Origin: Lepidodermella squamata
Lineage: Eukaryota; Animalia; Gastrotricha
Reading direction: 5' to 3'
Assembly (NCBI GenBank): GCA_047495785.1
Contig: JBLDXI010000017.1
Span: 2,294,001-2,358,000 of the forward strand
DNA: 64,000 nucleotides
Position numbers and translations under genes: made by a program. Positions 34,743-47,383 of this stretch are shown here, piece after piece (within the stretch, counting starts at the first letter, position 1; every line of letters begins with the position of its first letter). The notes beneath the pieces were generated by a model. It ran no database searches and was not told where the DNA came from. It saw nothing but the letters and a program-made list of their open reading frames with translations.

Positions 34743-37700
34743 AAATACGCAAAACAACCTAAGGCCAAGGTAATTAAATATTGTCAAATTAATTCGTGAA
34801 AAAACTACAGCTACAACCAGGTTCGAGGTAAACGCGGCTGTTTAATATGTTTACAGAATTATTTTGTGGAATTTCTGCTGTTTGCCCTAAATCATGAAAT
34901 AGGTATATTTTTAGCAGCAGACAGCAGATATAAATGGCATCGCTATAAATTTGAATTATAATGAATAGCGCTTAAGAAAATACAGCTAAAGATCCTGTAA
35001 TGTCGTGGTATGACTGCATGACAATTGTCTTACAAAGCAACTGCTTCCATTAGCAGAATCACCCTGAGAAGGTATTCTCTACGTTTTACTCTAGAACACA
35101 AGCAACAAGCGTGCGAGCCGGTGAGAGCCCGCGCTATATAATGCATGTCGAAAAACAAGGCATTATTATGAATAGCTTAGCATGTATTCTTCTTTAGCGC
35201 TATCCCACACTGCCGACAAGATGGCGATGAAACTCGTATTATTGTCGCCTAATACTGGTTTGTTAGGTATATACGAGGCGTGTAAGAAAAGAGGCGGTGT
35301 AACTTCAGTTTATCACTGCATTTATCGCATAGTCATGCATTATTCATTTAATTGGGCGCAGGCGCAGTCTTCCACCCTGAAAACGACTACGTCAAAAGAA
35401 ACGCCACAGATCCTATAATTTACTGCTCTAAGGCCGGTTTGTAGATTGTGTTTTAGCGAATGCCTTTTAGCGTATCACGCCCGCTTATCGTAAGAAAACT
35501 AATGCTTCCAGATAACAATTAATATTGTCCAAAATAATTTGTAATATAAGTATAAGTAAAGTTGTTATCGATCAGTTATGGGAATTCTTAGATATGAGCG
35601 TCAACGGTGGAGATAAGTGACGCCTTGATGAACGTGTATTTTCTGTTCTGGTGGGTGCGGCGAATATTGGGAGATACTCAACTCAACGCGCTGATTTGCG
35701 TTGCTCTCTCTCGATCCCATGCGACGACACGTAGAGGCAATAGAGACAGAGCGAGGAAGATAAATAGTGACGCGGAAGACTTGCTTTATGTGCTGAATAA
35801 GCCGACGGTATTATTATGTTGATACAATATTGCTATGCCAGTAAAATATTCATGACCTGAACAATAATCAATCTCTCTCTCTCGTTTTGTTTACCTTGTG
35901 GAAGTTGACGACTAATTTTCCTACAAGTACAGCTTGTGCCTGAAATCAGCCATTTTTTATCATGCGCTCTAAAATTTAAACGCATGGGTTATAGCTTTTG
36001 GCAAGAAATATATCAGTCAAAAAGTGAACTTGATAGTCAGGTCGAATAATTTTATTGCAAATGTTTGTTGTTTTGCTTGAGAAACATGGTAAACACTGTG
36101 TTAGCGTATGTGGAGGTGATAAAAGTGTGCGTAGAAAACATTTCAGCATTATTTACTCGCTTGTATTTGCAGATAATTAAATCTATGTTCAGTGTGCCGT
36201 TGGAAATTCGTCTTTCGTCTTATTTCGAAAGTTGATGGATCAACTTGACAGCAGTTTCCTATCGAGAAATCAGCCTGTCCGAATTTATAATACTCAAAAA
36301 TTAAAGACATTCGTTATATAATATACAATTACCAAAATATGGTGAAATTAAGCCACAAACGGCTTGAAAACAGCATCGACATGAGGGACAACATCGGCTT
36401 ATTGTATTAGATGCCGTTCAAGTGCCGTAAAGTGCCGTTTGCAATTCTCAATTTTTTTCATTTTTAAAACCACATCCCATATAATGCAATGGTGCAGTTG
36501 CAATAATTAAAAAGGAACCGGGACGCTGAGATTAAATCAGATTAAAGACTAACGACTAATTGTTGTTACACGTAGCCTATTATTCAATATCTCGAAGATG
36601 CAGTCATTAGCTGTGATCTTAATGATTTTTCGCTCAGATATGCCAATGGAATCCAAGCTTCATGCAGCTCCGTGATACTGTTTATCTAGGAAATAGGAAA
36701 TTTTCGAAGCGCGGAAACTGAGATGAAGCTTAATTTCTCGAGCGTTAAACTTATCTTGCAAATCGCATATCTCCTTCGCCAGCTCCGAAGAGCTAATTGT
36801 ATTATCTCAATGGAAATCACGCTGGATCGGCAATCTTTATCAATTCAATTGTCCACATTGCGCCTCAGTCACAGTCGCTCCTCGGCGATGGACGAAATTG
36901 GTCATGGAATTTGGTACCCATAGATTCCCGGTCATTCAGTTTGCTATCCTCTGAAGCTCAAAAGCTTCAGAATTGCTGGAACTCGGGCAAAAACTGGAGT
37001 TTTGACAACAAACAATCAGCGAAAATCGCCATGGTAGACTAACCCTGACCCACACTCTCTACGAGGAAACCCGAAACTCGAAACCAAAAACCAAAAAACA
37101 GACCCGCCCAAAAACGTTAGCAAATGCGAGCAAAATCTGTTGTTTTTTATTTAACGGTGATACTCTAAATAAAAAACTTTTTGTATTTGTTCATTAAATG
37201 GAAAAAAATATAAAGTCCTTGACATCTCTAAATTCAATGTTTTGGCGGGCCATCAATGTGTTGCCCGAAGACAGTAGCTTTCTTGCTACGACGGCGTTTG
37301 TAGGCTTCTCTGAGTGAGTGGAAAAGCCACCTGGGCACTAATGCCTGGGCCCTAGAGAAACAGTCAGCAATAACTGAAGTACCAGGGGTAGGGATTTCAA
37401 TTAAGTAGTTATTAAACCAGTTCAAACTTTCCTAGAGCGTAAGCTCGCGATTTTCTCACAAGCTCCGCCTTATGGCGAAAGCTTGAGTCCGTCAGGGCGA
37501 GGAGAAATCGTAATTCCTGATCCTGATCCTGATCCTGAAGATATCTGAAATATCTTACCTCGCCGCCCTAATCTGCTTCCATTGGATGTTGGATGGAAGA
37601 TTGCTCTTGTAGCGAATCCGACATATAATCATTATTTGTATCTAGACCAGCTGGCAGGCAGGAAAACGTGAATTTACTGGCTTGAGCTTTGAGCTGCTGC

Positions 37701-37965
37701 ACTGTATTCCTGCAGTGGTAGATTTCGAGGTTAATGGTTAATCTACCCTCCAGAGATCCTTCTTGATCGGAGACTAGGGTTTTGGTTTGATAATTATTGA
37801 CTTTTAAGGATTGGAAGCAAGAAACTATGACTGCCTGTAAGCTTTAAGTGCATTTAGCTTTATTACTTTTCATCAAACCTTGGGTTAGGCTTGCTTTAAG
37901 CCTATTTCACTTCATTCCAGTTTTTATGCGTTTTCTAGCATGTTTGATTGACTGATTTGCTTGCT

Positions 37966-40900
37966 ATGCCGCAACGCCCCGGTACTTTGTTATCTCTGCG
38001 CATGCAGAATTTCGGGTAAGCTTCAACAATGATTTTGAGTGATGGCCAGTGATACCTAACTTTTTTCTATAGACCTCATGTCGATACCACATTTGCATTT
38101 CCATCCTCATTGAACATCATTGTTGCGCCGAATGGATCTGGCAAGTCAACCATTGTAAACGGAATAAGTTTGGTCTTTGGAGGTGCACCTCGAACTCTTG
38201 GTCGCGGTTCGACGCTTGATCAATTTATCAAAGATGGCGAACAAGAGGCCAATGTTACTGCCGAAATGTAATTAATTAAGGGATAAACTTTTATTGAATC
38301 ATTCAAATACTTCATATTTTCTTTCTAGAATCGGGCCGAGTGGCGCGGTCATGAATATAAAACGAACTATTATTCGAGGAGCTCCAACACAAGCACCAGC
38401 TGGCCGGAAAAGAGGCGCTGCTGATGAAAGCGAATCTCATACTTCAAAGTCTTACTTCTACATAAACGACCGTAAAGTCACTAAGGACGAAATGCAGAAT
38501 CTTGTGGAAAACATGCGCATTCAAGTCGAAAATCTAACGCAATTTTTGCCGCAAGATCGTGTTGACGATTTTACTAAAATGACGCCTATCGACCTGCTGA
38601 AAAACACAGAACTCGCTGTTGGTGGTCGAGAGCTTCTCGAGCTGCACACTCAGCTGAAAGAACGAGCAAGTGCACTGAATAATGAACACAATGACGTTGA
38701 TTCAAAAATAACCGAAGTCGCGCGTTTGAGAGATCAAAACAAACCGCTGGAAGCTCAAATCACTGCTGACGAGCATCGACGTCAGCTGGAAACGCGTTTG
38801 AGTAATATGCGGGATGTTCAAGTCGCTCAAGATTTTCAAACCAAGAAGCAGGTCGCTCAACAAGCAAAGCAGGTAGCAGAGCAAGCTGCTGCTGCATTGG
38901 CTGTGGTTGATAACGAATTGAGACCTTTAGAGCAGAAGTTGGAAGAAAATTCCCGAGCCTTGTCGCAGAACAGCGAAGCTGAATTCGTGAGAATTAAGAA
39001 ATTGATCGCCGATAAGTTGAAGCAAATGCAAACCGTGGCTCAGCAGCAATTGGACATTGGTTTCGAAGCATCGAAGACGGCTCGCAATCGGGTTCGTTCC
39101 TCAGTCGACGAGCTGAAACGATCTCGGGAGCAGATTCCAGCAATTCGCGCTGATCTCGAGGAAAAGAAGCAGCGATTAGCTCAACGGCGATCACAGGCTG
39201 AGGACGAAGAGGAGATGAATCGATTGAAAGCCGAGCTCAGAACAGCCGAAGACAGCCGCATAAAATGTGACCAAACTGCAAGATCTGCCCAGCAAGAGGT
39301 TTCTGCTCTTGAAAAACAAGTTGTTGATTTACGAAACCGCCTGGCCCAATTGAACAGTGTCCAACAACGTCGCCTCGATAACATGAGACAGCATGACTTC
39401 CACACTTATCAGGCAGCTAATTGGGTGCGAGACAATAAAAACGTGTTTCAAGACGAAGTTTATGGCCCGATCCAAACCTTGCTCAACCCCACTTCGAAAT
39501 TGGCAGCTCGCATCCTTGAATCAAAGATCCCTCATGGAGATATGCGTGCTTTCATGACTTTGAACCCCGCCGATCAAAAAACATTGGCCAACTTGTCTCG
39601 ACCTCCCAACAATTGGAAAATCAACGTCAGTTACGCCGGATCAATTCCAGATTCAATTCAAGCACTCAATATCGAACCTTTACGCCGTTTCGGCATCGAT
39701 GCAGTTCTCTCAGATTTGTTCGACTGCCCTCCCGTTTTGAAGCGTATTTTGTGTCAGCAGTTTGGCTTGCACATGATTCCGGTCTGTACCAAGCCCGGTG
39801 GTCGTGTTGATACTCAAGGCATATTCGATGCGAATCGATCTATTCGAACAGTTGCGACGGACGAATTTTTGTACAACGCTGTTACGATGCGCTACGGCCA
39901 GGGTTCTCGCATTTTCACTGACTCAGGCCTCAGCGATCAAATTCGCTGTCTCGGCGAGTCGATCGACCCGAAATTGGTTGCGGAATGTGAGGCTGACATC
40001 GCAAGCGCCACTGAACGTCTTGACATCGCGAAGGCAACTGCCCGAGAAGCAGCTAGCAAGGTTGAAGTTGAAGCTCGCAATGTTCAAACAATCAGAGACC
40101 GTGGCACTGCTGTCTACAACCAGCTGGTCGCGACTCGGCGTTTGGCGAAGGAGGTTAATGATGTTCGAGATGCTTTGAAACGAGCTCGTGACGTCACCAT
40201 CGACTACGAACGACTCGCCGCCGAGGCTCAACGCGAACTCGACGCAACAATTGCGAAGCAACTGAAGTTGAACGACGAGATAGAGAAGACTGGCCGTGCC
40301 TTGAACGACGCGATTCGTCGTGGCTGTGAGTTGTGTGTTGAAGTTCGCGTGCTAGAACGGCTTGTTGAGCAATCGGTCGGGCAAGTCAACGAACTGCGAG
40401 TTTTGAAACAGCAGAGGCAAAACGAAAAACGGCATGCTGATAACGATCACGAACTTGCTAGAGCGGCAGCTGCGCAGTTGAGGGCCCGAGCTATCGAAGC
40501 CGTTCAACGCCTCGAGCAAGCCGGCATTGATATTCGCGATTACACCGACCCTGAGACTGTTATACGCGAGATCAGCGAACTGACCAATCAGCTCGACGCC
40601 CTTCAAGCCCCAATGGACCAACGCCAGCGTCAGATTTACGAAGACCGTTGTCAGCGGATTGCTAAGCTCGAAGATGAGATTAAACGCGGTAAACTGAGTG
40701 CAGATTCAGAGCGAGAGATTCTCGAACGTGACGGGGCAGCTTGGCGGCAACGGATCAACGAAATCATTGCGGGACTTTCACAACACTTTGCCGAGTCGAT
40801 GAATTCATTTGGGACTGGGTGCTCTGGCGAAGTCGCTTTCAATCAACCCGAGGATATAACCGATTATAGCAAGTAAGAAAAAATTATTTAAGGCGGTTGA

Positions 40901-41326
40901 AAAATAAAATCATTGACATCTTTTCTATTTAGTTATGGTCTGGAACTTCGCGTTGCCTTCCGAGCCAACATGCCGAAACGACCAGTTTCGCCGGCCTATC
41001 AAAGCGGTGGCGAGCGAGCTGTTACCGCACTTAACTTCATTCTAGCTCTGCATCACTACACGTCTTCGCCTTTCGTTGTTGTTGACGAGTTGAACCAGGG
41101 TATGGATCCTATCAACGAACGACGCTCTTACCAGTTTCTAGCCAGAACAGCGCTGACCCACGGTGCTGCGCCCTGCCAGTTTTTATGGATCACCCCGAAG
41201 GCTTCGCTTCTGAACGCTGATGTTTTCTCAACTCCGGGTGTAGCCATGATAACCATCGGCCGACGAGTGGCCACTATCACAATTGACAATGCCGAAAATG
41301 AGGAGCATGCCGCAAGTGGCTATTAG
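37966..41326 (+). CDS. SMC5: Structural maintenance of chromosomes protein 5, 4 exons
   Basis: LRMQNF; Walker A NIIVAPNGSGKSTIV; IQVENLTQFLPQDRV; coiled coils and hinge; QSGGERAV and FVVVDELNQGMDPINER; QFLWITPK. Confidence 0.9.
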
Positions 41327-42259
41327 ACATTTTCATTTCATCTTACTGTTTCCGGTGATTTTGTTATATACCATTCCTACTTAGTACTCGTGAAATATCT
41401 CTTTTCGTCGAAAACACGGGCCTTATCGTGTTGAGTAAAAGGCGATAGTTGCAGAAAATATCTCGTTTTATTACAAAGTTGAAAAAATATTTTTTACGAA
41501 TATGAATTATGATAGAAACCCGAAAGAATAGGTAAACAAACACTGTGCGCAATATGCTCCATGCAGTCGATCTCCGAAAATATGGCTACGAGAAACAAAA
41601 ATAGAATTCAAGCGCAGCGTTTGTTGACTAGAGAGAGATAGAGAGAGCAGAAACAATTGCAGTCATCATTACAGATCATGCAAACAATAAAAACACTGAC
41701 TAGACGAGAGCGAGTAATTCAAAATAAGTTGGTATGATAGATCGTAAAAATGTTCGGGTATTTATGCGACTAGTCGACGAACGAGTTGCTGAGAGAAACG
41801 AGCAAGGAGAAAAGTACCACCTCATCCTGATAAACCAGTGAAAAATTCAGAATTAGGATGATCGTATCATTGTTTAAGTCTATCCAAGGAGATCACAACG
41901 TAAGTTCACGACCGAAAGGCGCGATTCAACGGAAAACCTGAGCCCACAGCGACGACCGATGATGCGAGTCATCGTCAACGCAGCTATATTCGACCAATAA
42001 GTAAGCATTATTCCGGCGTCGATAGAGGCGAGTTGACGTTCAGCTTTTGATTTCCAATGATGATTATTGCACAAATGGCCTCTCGCTCCACGACACGTAG
42101 GAAGGAGATATAACAATAGTTTAAATAGTCAACTTGCAAGGTCGTGGCAGTAAAAAGCAGATAAGTTTGTAAATAGTATATAATGGCATCTCGATTTATC
42201 GATTCGGTGAGTAAAAAATGAGAGAACGAAATTCGATTATGAACAATAGCACGGCACTA

Positions 42260-45200
42260 CTATGTGGATTTTTGAGATTTAATTTGTTGCTGCAACGACT
42301 CGGTGGAATTCGCATTCGCCAGGCCGGCTTTGTCTTGCGCGTTTAGAGCAGGCGTACTTGCACAGGTTTGCAATGGGGCTTGAGCCGAAAGCAACACGCC
42401 GGTCGATACCGCATTTGATGGGTTACTGCTAGCCGCTGGGGCAAGTTGTAATATCATACCACGAACAGCGTCCATTATCGAAGCCTATCAAATCAAAATA
42501 AATAATTAGTCCTCCGTTGTGATAAAAATAAATGCGTGCTCAACAGATTTCTTTGGTGTCTAAGTATCCTTCGAGCTCTATCCTTCAAACATCTAGTAAA
42601 CGTACGCAATCTATCCGACTATGTTCAGGCAAATTGGCTAACAACAAAGTTACTTATTAAGCTTATTAGGTATCTGAATAAGTCTAATGAAACAAAGGTA
42701 AAACCATACTTGTTTTCAATCAGACAGGTGGATTAAAATGCGAATCGGCATTCCCATGTTTTGGTGAGGTACATCACATGAAAGTGGACAGGAGTTTCTA
42801 GAGAGACATCGGTAAAAATTTGCATTGAACAAAACTTTGAATCAACTCGCAACGGTAAAAATGGTACTGATCTTCACTACATTAAGCGGCGGAGTAGGAG
42901 CGACGAGGAAATGATAAAAAAACGACAACAGTAATGCAAATAGGACTCGGGTGGATTTTTACAAATTTCGATCAATCAATCAAGCCATATCTTATAACTC
43001 ACCGCGCCCTTGATTGGATTGAATGAAACAAAAATAAAAAATTTAATTTACATCATTGCGAATATTTCAGCTTTCTCATCCTGTCTACTCGTATTCATGC
43101 AATGCATCAAGTTTATAGTAACATAAAAAGCTAATAAGCATAGTAATCTACATAGCGAGCATCGAGAGTGTCAATATTACGATGAAATTACGTACTCGTG
43201 TTCAGATTTTTCGAAATTTTGAGGCGCATAAACACTTTAGTGGAACCAAACGGGACAAATTAAAGACGTTTCCAAATAATTAATTTCCCCGCTAATATTT
43301 AAAATGATATCACATGCGAAAATAATCATCGAATTATCATAACCACGATAGATTGAAACAGAAAAGCGGAAAAATCTGAACAGAGTGGGTCAAGGGATAC
43401 TTTAGGGGTGGCTATGATTTACCGCCAACTCTATATGGTGTCCTGCTTAGCCGACGACGGAATCAGACTACGCCTGAATACAGCTAAGGACATCTGTAGG
43501 GAAAGCAGTTGAGTAGTAGTTGGATAACAAAATAAGATCATCATAGTATCGAAATAGTAGCTTAAATTAAATTAAAGTAAAGGGAAGATGATATATCAGA
43601 TCATACGGGCCAGATCCCGAAATGAAGAGGGTTGGGCGATCGAATTTGCAATAAATCAACTAATGCAGCTAAAATTAACTGGGATGTTACCGCGACTGAC
43701 CAGTCGGCTTAGGTTAGTGGTAGTAGTGTTGAAACAGCTGCTACTGTTTGACAGATGATCTAACTATTCTCAACTGAAAAGCAGCGTGAAAAAAACCCGC
43801 TCAAATAACAGGTAGAAACATAATGGTCATAGTGGTCTTGCTTATTAGTGTGAAACTTCTACCCTATCAAAAGGACTAAAAAACTGTAACTTACTTTCTT
43901 CTTCGCCGCTGGAAGCTCCCGGTAAAATTCAGATCTGATGAAACGATTGTAGCTATCGTTTTTCATCAAATTATAAATTTGATCCTAAAACGAAAATTCC
44001 CGGTTTGACTAAATTTTAGAAGAATCACAAACACTTTACCTCTGCTTCATCAAATGTATAACGATCCAACTGGGCCTGAGCGATTCTAGATCGAACAAGC
44101 TCAGCGACCCTGCTGTCGATATTTACCGGGTCGGAACAGCCAGGGGCAAGATGCTCACTGGGGAAATGCAGGTTCAAGTTTTGAAGAATTACTCAATCTA
44201 AAATGATGCTTACTTGAAAATGATTTGAACTCGGCTTTTGACGTCGCGGATAGGCAGTTGGCTCAACTCACGGCAGGCGCGGTAAAACCGGAGATTCTCA
44301 GCTGAGAACTCCTTCTCTAGGAAGCGCGAGAACTGGTCGACCCCGGCTGGGTCGCGGAGCAACTCGTGTATGTTGAACGCCCAGCGTCTCACTCGCCGGC
44401 CCGACAAGTTACCTGCACTTGCGTTGGCCTTCTCAGCCTCCCAAAAGTCGGCCGAGTCGCTGACCCACGGATTAGATGGTTCAACCCGGCTGATGAAACC
44501 ATCGTAATCCGAGTACATGGCGGTAAAAGCCTTCAGATTTTCAAAGGTCTTGGAAACCTTCGATCGCGTTCTCTCCAGAGTTTTCTTAATAATAATTATC
44601 TGAAAGCATAAAAAATGGTTTTTCCCAGATTCAAACTTAGATGAGAACACACCTCTTCCATCAGTTTGGCTTTCCGCTCCTCTTCAAGCACTTCTTTGGT
44701 CTTGGACTGCCGCTGAATGCTGACAAGTCGAAAGCTCTTCCTGTAGTCCAATTCCATTGGTTTCACACAACCAGGCTGTTGAAAATTTGTGTATAAATAA
44801 AAATTCGATTATTTGGTGATTTCGACTTACGACAGGCTGAAAAACATCCCAGAAAGCGCGCTCCTGTCCGTCAAGAATTTTCTGTTGACTTTTCGGTCGT
44901 TTGCGATCGACACGGTACTGCGCTTCGGCTTGTATGCAAATGGAGTCCCATTTGCGAGCGAGCTGGCGCTGCAGCCGGTCGAGCGCCTCGGTTTCGTAGT
45001 CGAGAAGTTGCAGGCGCTGCTTATCGGTAAGCGTCCGCTTGCAAAGGTAGATTGCATATTCACTGTCGTCTGGCTCGAGGCAGTTCGACAGCCAAAGACA
45101 TGGAGTCTGGAACCGGTAGAGTGAATTATCATTTTTCACTGTAAGGCAGTGGTCGTCGATAGGAAACACATAGCCGTGAACAGCCATCAGGTGAGCGAAG

Positions 45201-46248
45201 TGCAGAGCTTGCACTAATGAATAAATTAATAAATTAATAGAAGCTTGGCTTTTTGAGAAATCTACTCACTTCTGTCAACTTTAAGGTGGTCCAATAGCCA
45301 AGTAACGAGGTCAACGCCTCGAAATACGGAGGGCGTAGTTGTCAGCAGAGTCTTAACATTACGAACAGGCACACGGTCGTCTTCATAGACCATCCGCTTT
45401 AAAACAGCCTCGATCTAGAAAAATCAAAACAATTCAATTCGAGCGGGTTTTTGATGATAAAATTAATTAGGAAGCCAAGGTGAAAAATCGACTAATTTTT
45501 AGGACAGTATATTTTCATTAAAATTAGACTCAAATTTCAATGGCGAATCTTAAACCTAAAAACGCCTTGATATAAACAAATGAGTATTCAAACCTATTCC
45601 AAGGTAAGTCGAAAATTTGTCAATTGGCGAAAATCAGGTAAAAATTGAAAAATGCTCATAATTTGCAGAATTTATTTTTCGGTTTTTTAAGCTGATTTTT
45701 CATCCTAATTACGGATTATTTGGGAAGGCTGGCTATAAGGGAAGAATGTGAAAAAAACTTACTCGTCTGAAAGATGCATAGTGGGGGTGATTTTCCAGCG
45801 TTGGCAGTTTGTTAGCAGCGGCATTGCTGGCGGTCGCCTCTGAACTGACGGCAAGGGCGCGGCGTGCGAGTTGAAGCGTTGCGACAGACGGCGGCGCCAT
45901 GTCCTCGGTGGATTGCTGGCGGTCTGAAGATGGCAAGGCGTGATGGTCAGAGTCAGCAGCTGACGCCGAATCGCCACGTTTGTTGGAACCACCGGCAGCC
46001 GGTGGCCCGTCCGGCGACGTGGGCGATCCGAAGTGCAGGCTCATGGTGTGAAACGACAGGAAACGGTGCCGGCGATCATCTGCAGTCGACTCGGACGTTG
46101 ACAAAGACTTGGTAGGCTTTTGCAGAAATGTACTCGACCTGTGAGCTTGCAGGTGAATTTGCTGTGCTGGCGGCAGCAAGGTGCTCTCAGAAGTTTTCTT
46201 TTTCAGTAAATGATTTGAACTACTACAGGAAGAAGGCGGAGAAGTCAT
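42260..46248 (-). CDS. RGS7: R7-family regulator of G-protein signalling (RGS6/7, EGL-10-like; DEP-DHEX-GGL-RGS); start and last exon uncertain
   Basis: VPVRNVKTLLTTTPSVFRGVDLVTWL; HLMAVHGYVFPIDDHCLTVKNDNSLYRFQTP; KILDGQERAFWDV; EPSNPWVSD; FLEKEFSAENLRF; IYNLMKNDSYNRFIRS. Confidence 0.85.
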
Positions 46249-47383
46249 TTTTTGTGGTGCGTTGCAAAACGCAAGAATGTCGCGTTATTGCAGCGTCATA
46301 TATATGTGTATTTATATATAAACAGAGAAATAAGAATATAACGTGTTTGAGCTAAAAATCGTTTGCATCTAATTTAATTTTTGGATTACCATCAAAGCGG
46401 AAAATAGGCAAATATCTTAACAATGTCACGGCCTGGGCAACATCGGAAAAACACTTGATCAAGTGCGGCGAAACTGGGGAATACTAGAACCATTATTACT
46501 ATTTTTATTGTCTGGCGAATCGAAACGGTACATGGCAATTTTCGCATGATATAAGCAGTAGGAAGGAATGTAGTAGAGATAGAAAGAAGCCCGCTGCCGC
46601 TGCCGCAGCAGCAGCAGCAGCCACCCACCAAGCTTTTACATGATGGCGCAAGTGAAAAATTACAGTAGCAGAGGCAGCAGCAGCAGCAGCAGCGCCCGAG
46701 GCTTGCTACGATACTTGCGCGCTTTTTGTGCTTCTCTGTTGCGATCGTCGTTGTATAAAAATCCGCCTTATCCTACTCAGTATTACTCAGCTACAGCGCC
46801 ACCGTATGTGCCCAATTAAGCGGAAAATAACTGGAGACGCGCTAGCTTGCTCTGCAGCAGCAGTAGAAGCAAGCCACAGGCCGCAAACTTAACTGCTCGT
46901 CGCCGTAGTTCCGTACTATACGACGAAAAAATCGATGCCACTACGTTCGAGCTTACGGCGGCACATGATCTCACGGAGAAATAACAATGACACATGTGCG
47001 CATACTACTACGAATACTAGCAGCTCTGCGCACCGATTAAAAATAATATTATAAACACGTTTTAATATTTGCACACAATTATTATCGCAAAAATATATAT
47101 AAGTATAATATATAGGATCTAGGTAGTATTATGCTGATTTTCAGCTATAAGTATAATCTATAGGTGGCTTGTTTCACACTCGGGTTATTCGCGATTTAAT
47201 ACTGAAAATATTAGATCGAAAGAAAATTCGATCAATAAAATTTACGAGGAAGGCGATGCGAGCGGAAAAATGGAGCAAAAAATTAATTAAAGACAACGCC
47301 AGCAGCAAACAAGGAAGTGTCTCTGAAAAAATTGCATCACACGGGAATTAATATCGTCAAGGAAAGCGCTGTTAATGATAATA

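Noticed and set aside
37037-37050. CTAACCCTG as a telomerase RNA template
   Set aside because: No convincing pseudoknot or H/ACA boxes downstream; a 9-mer match is weak evidence.
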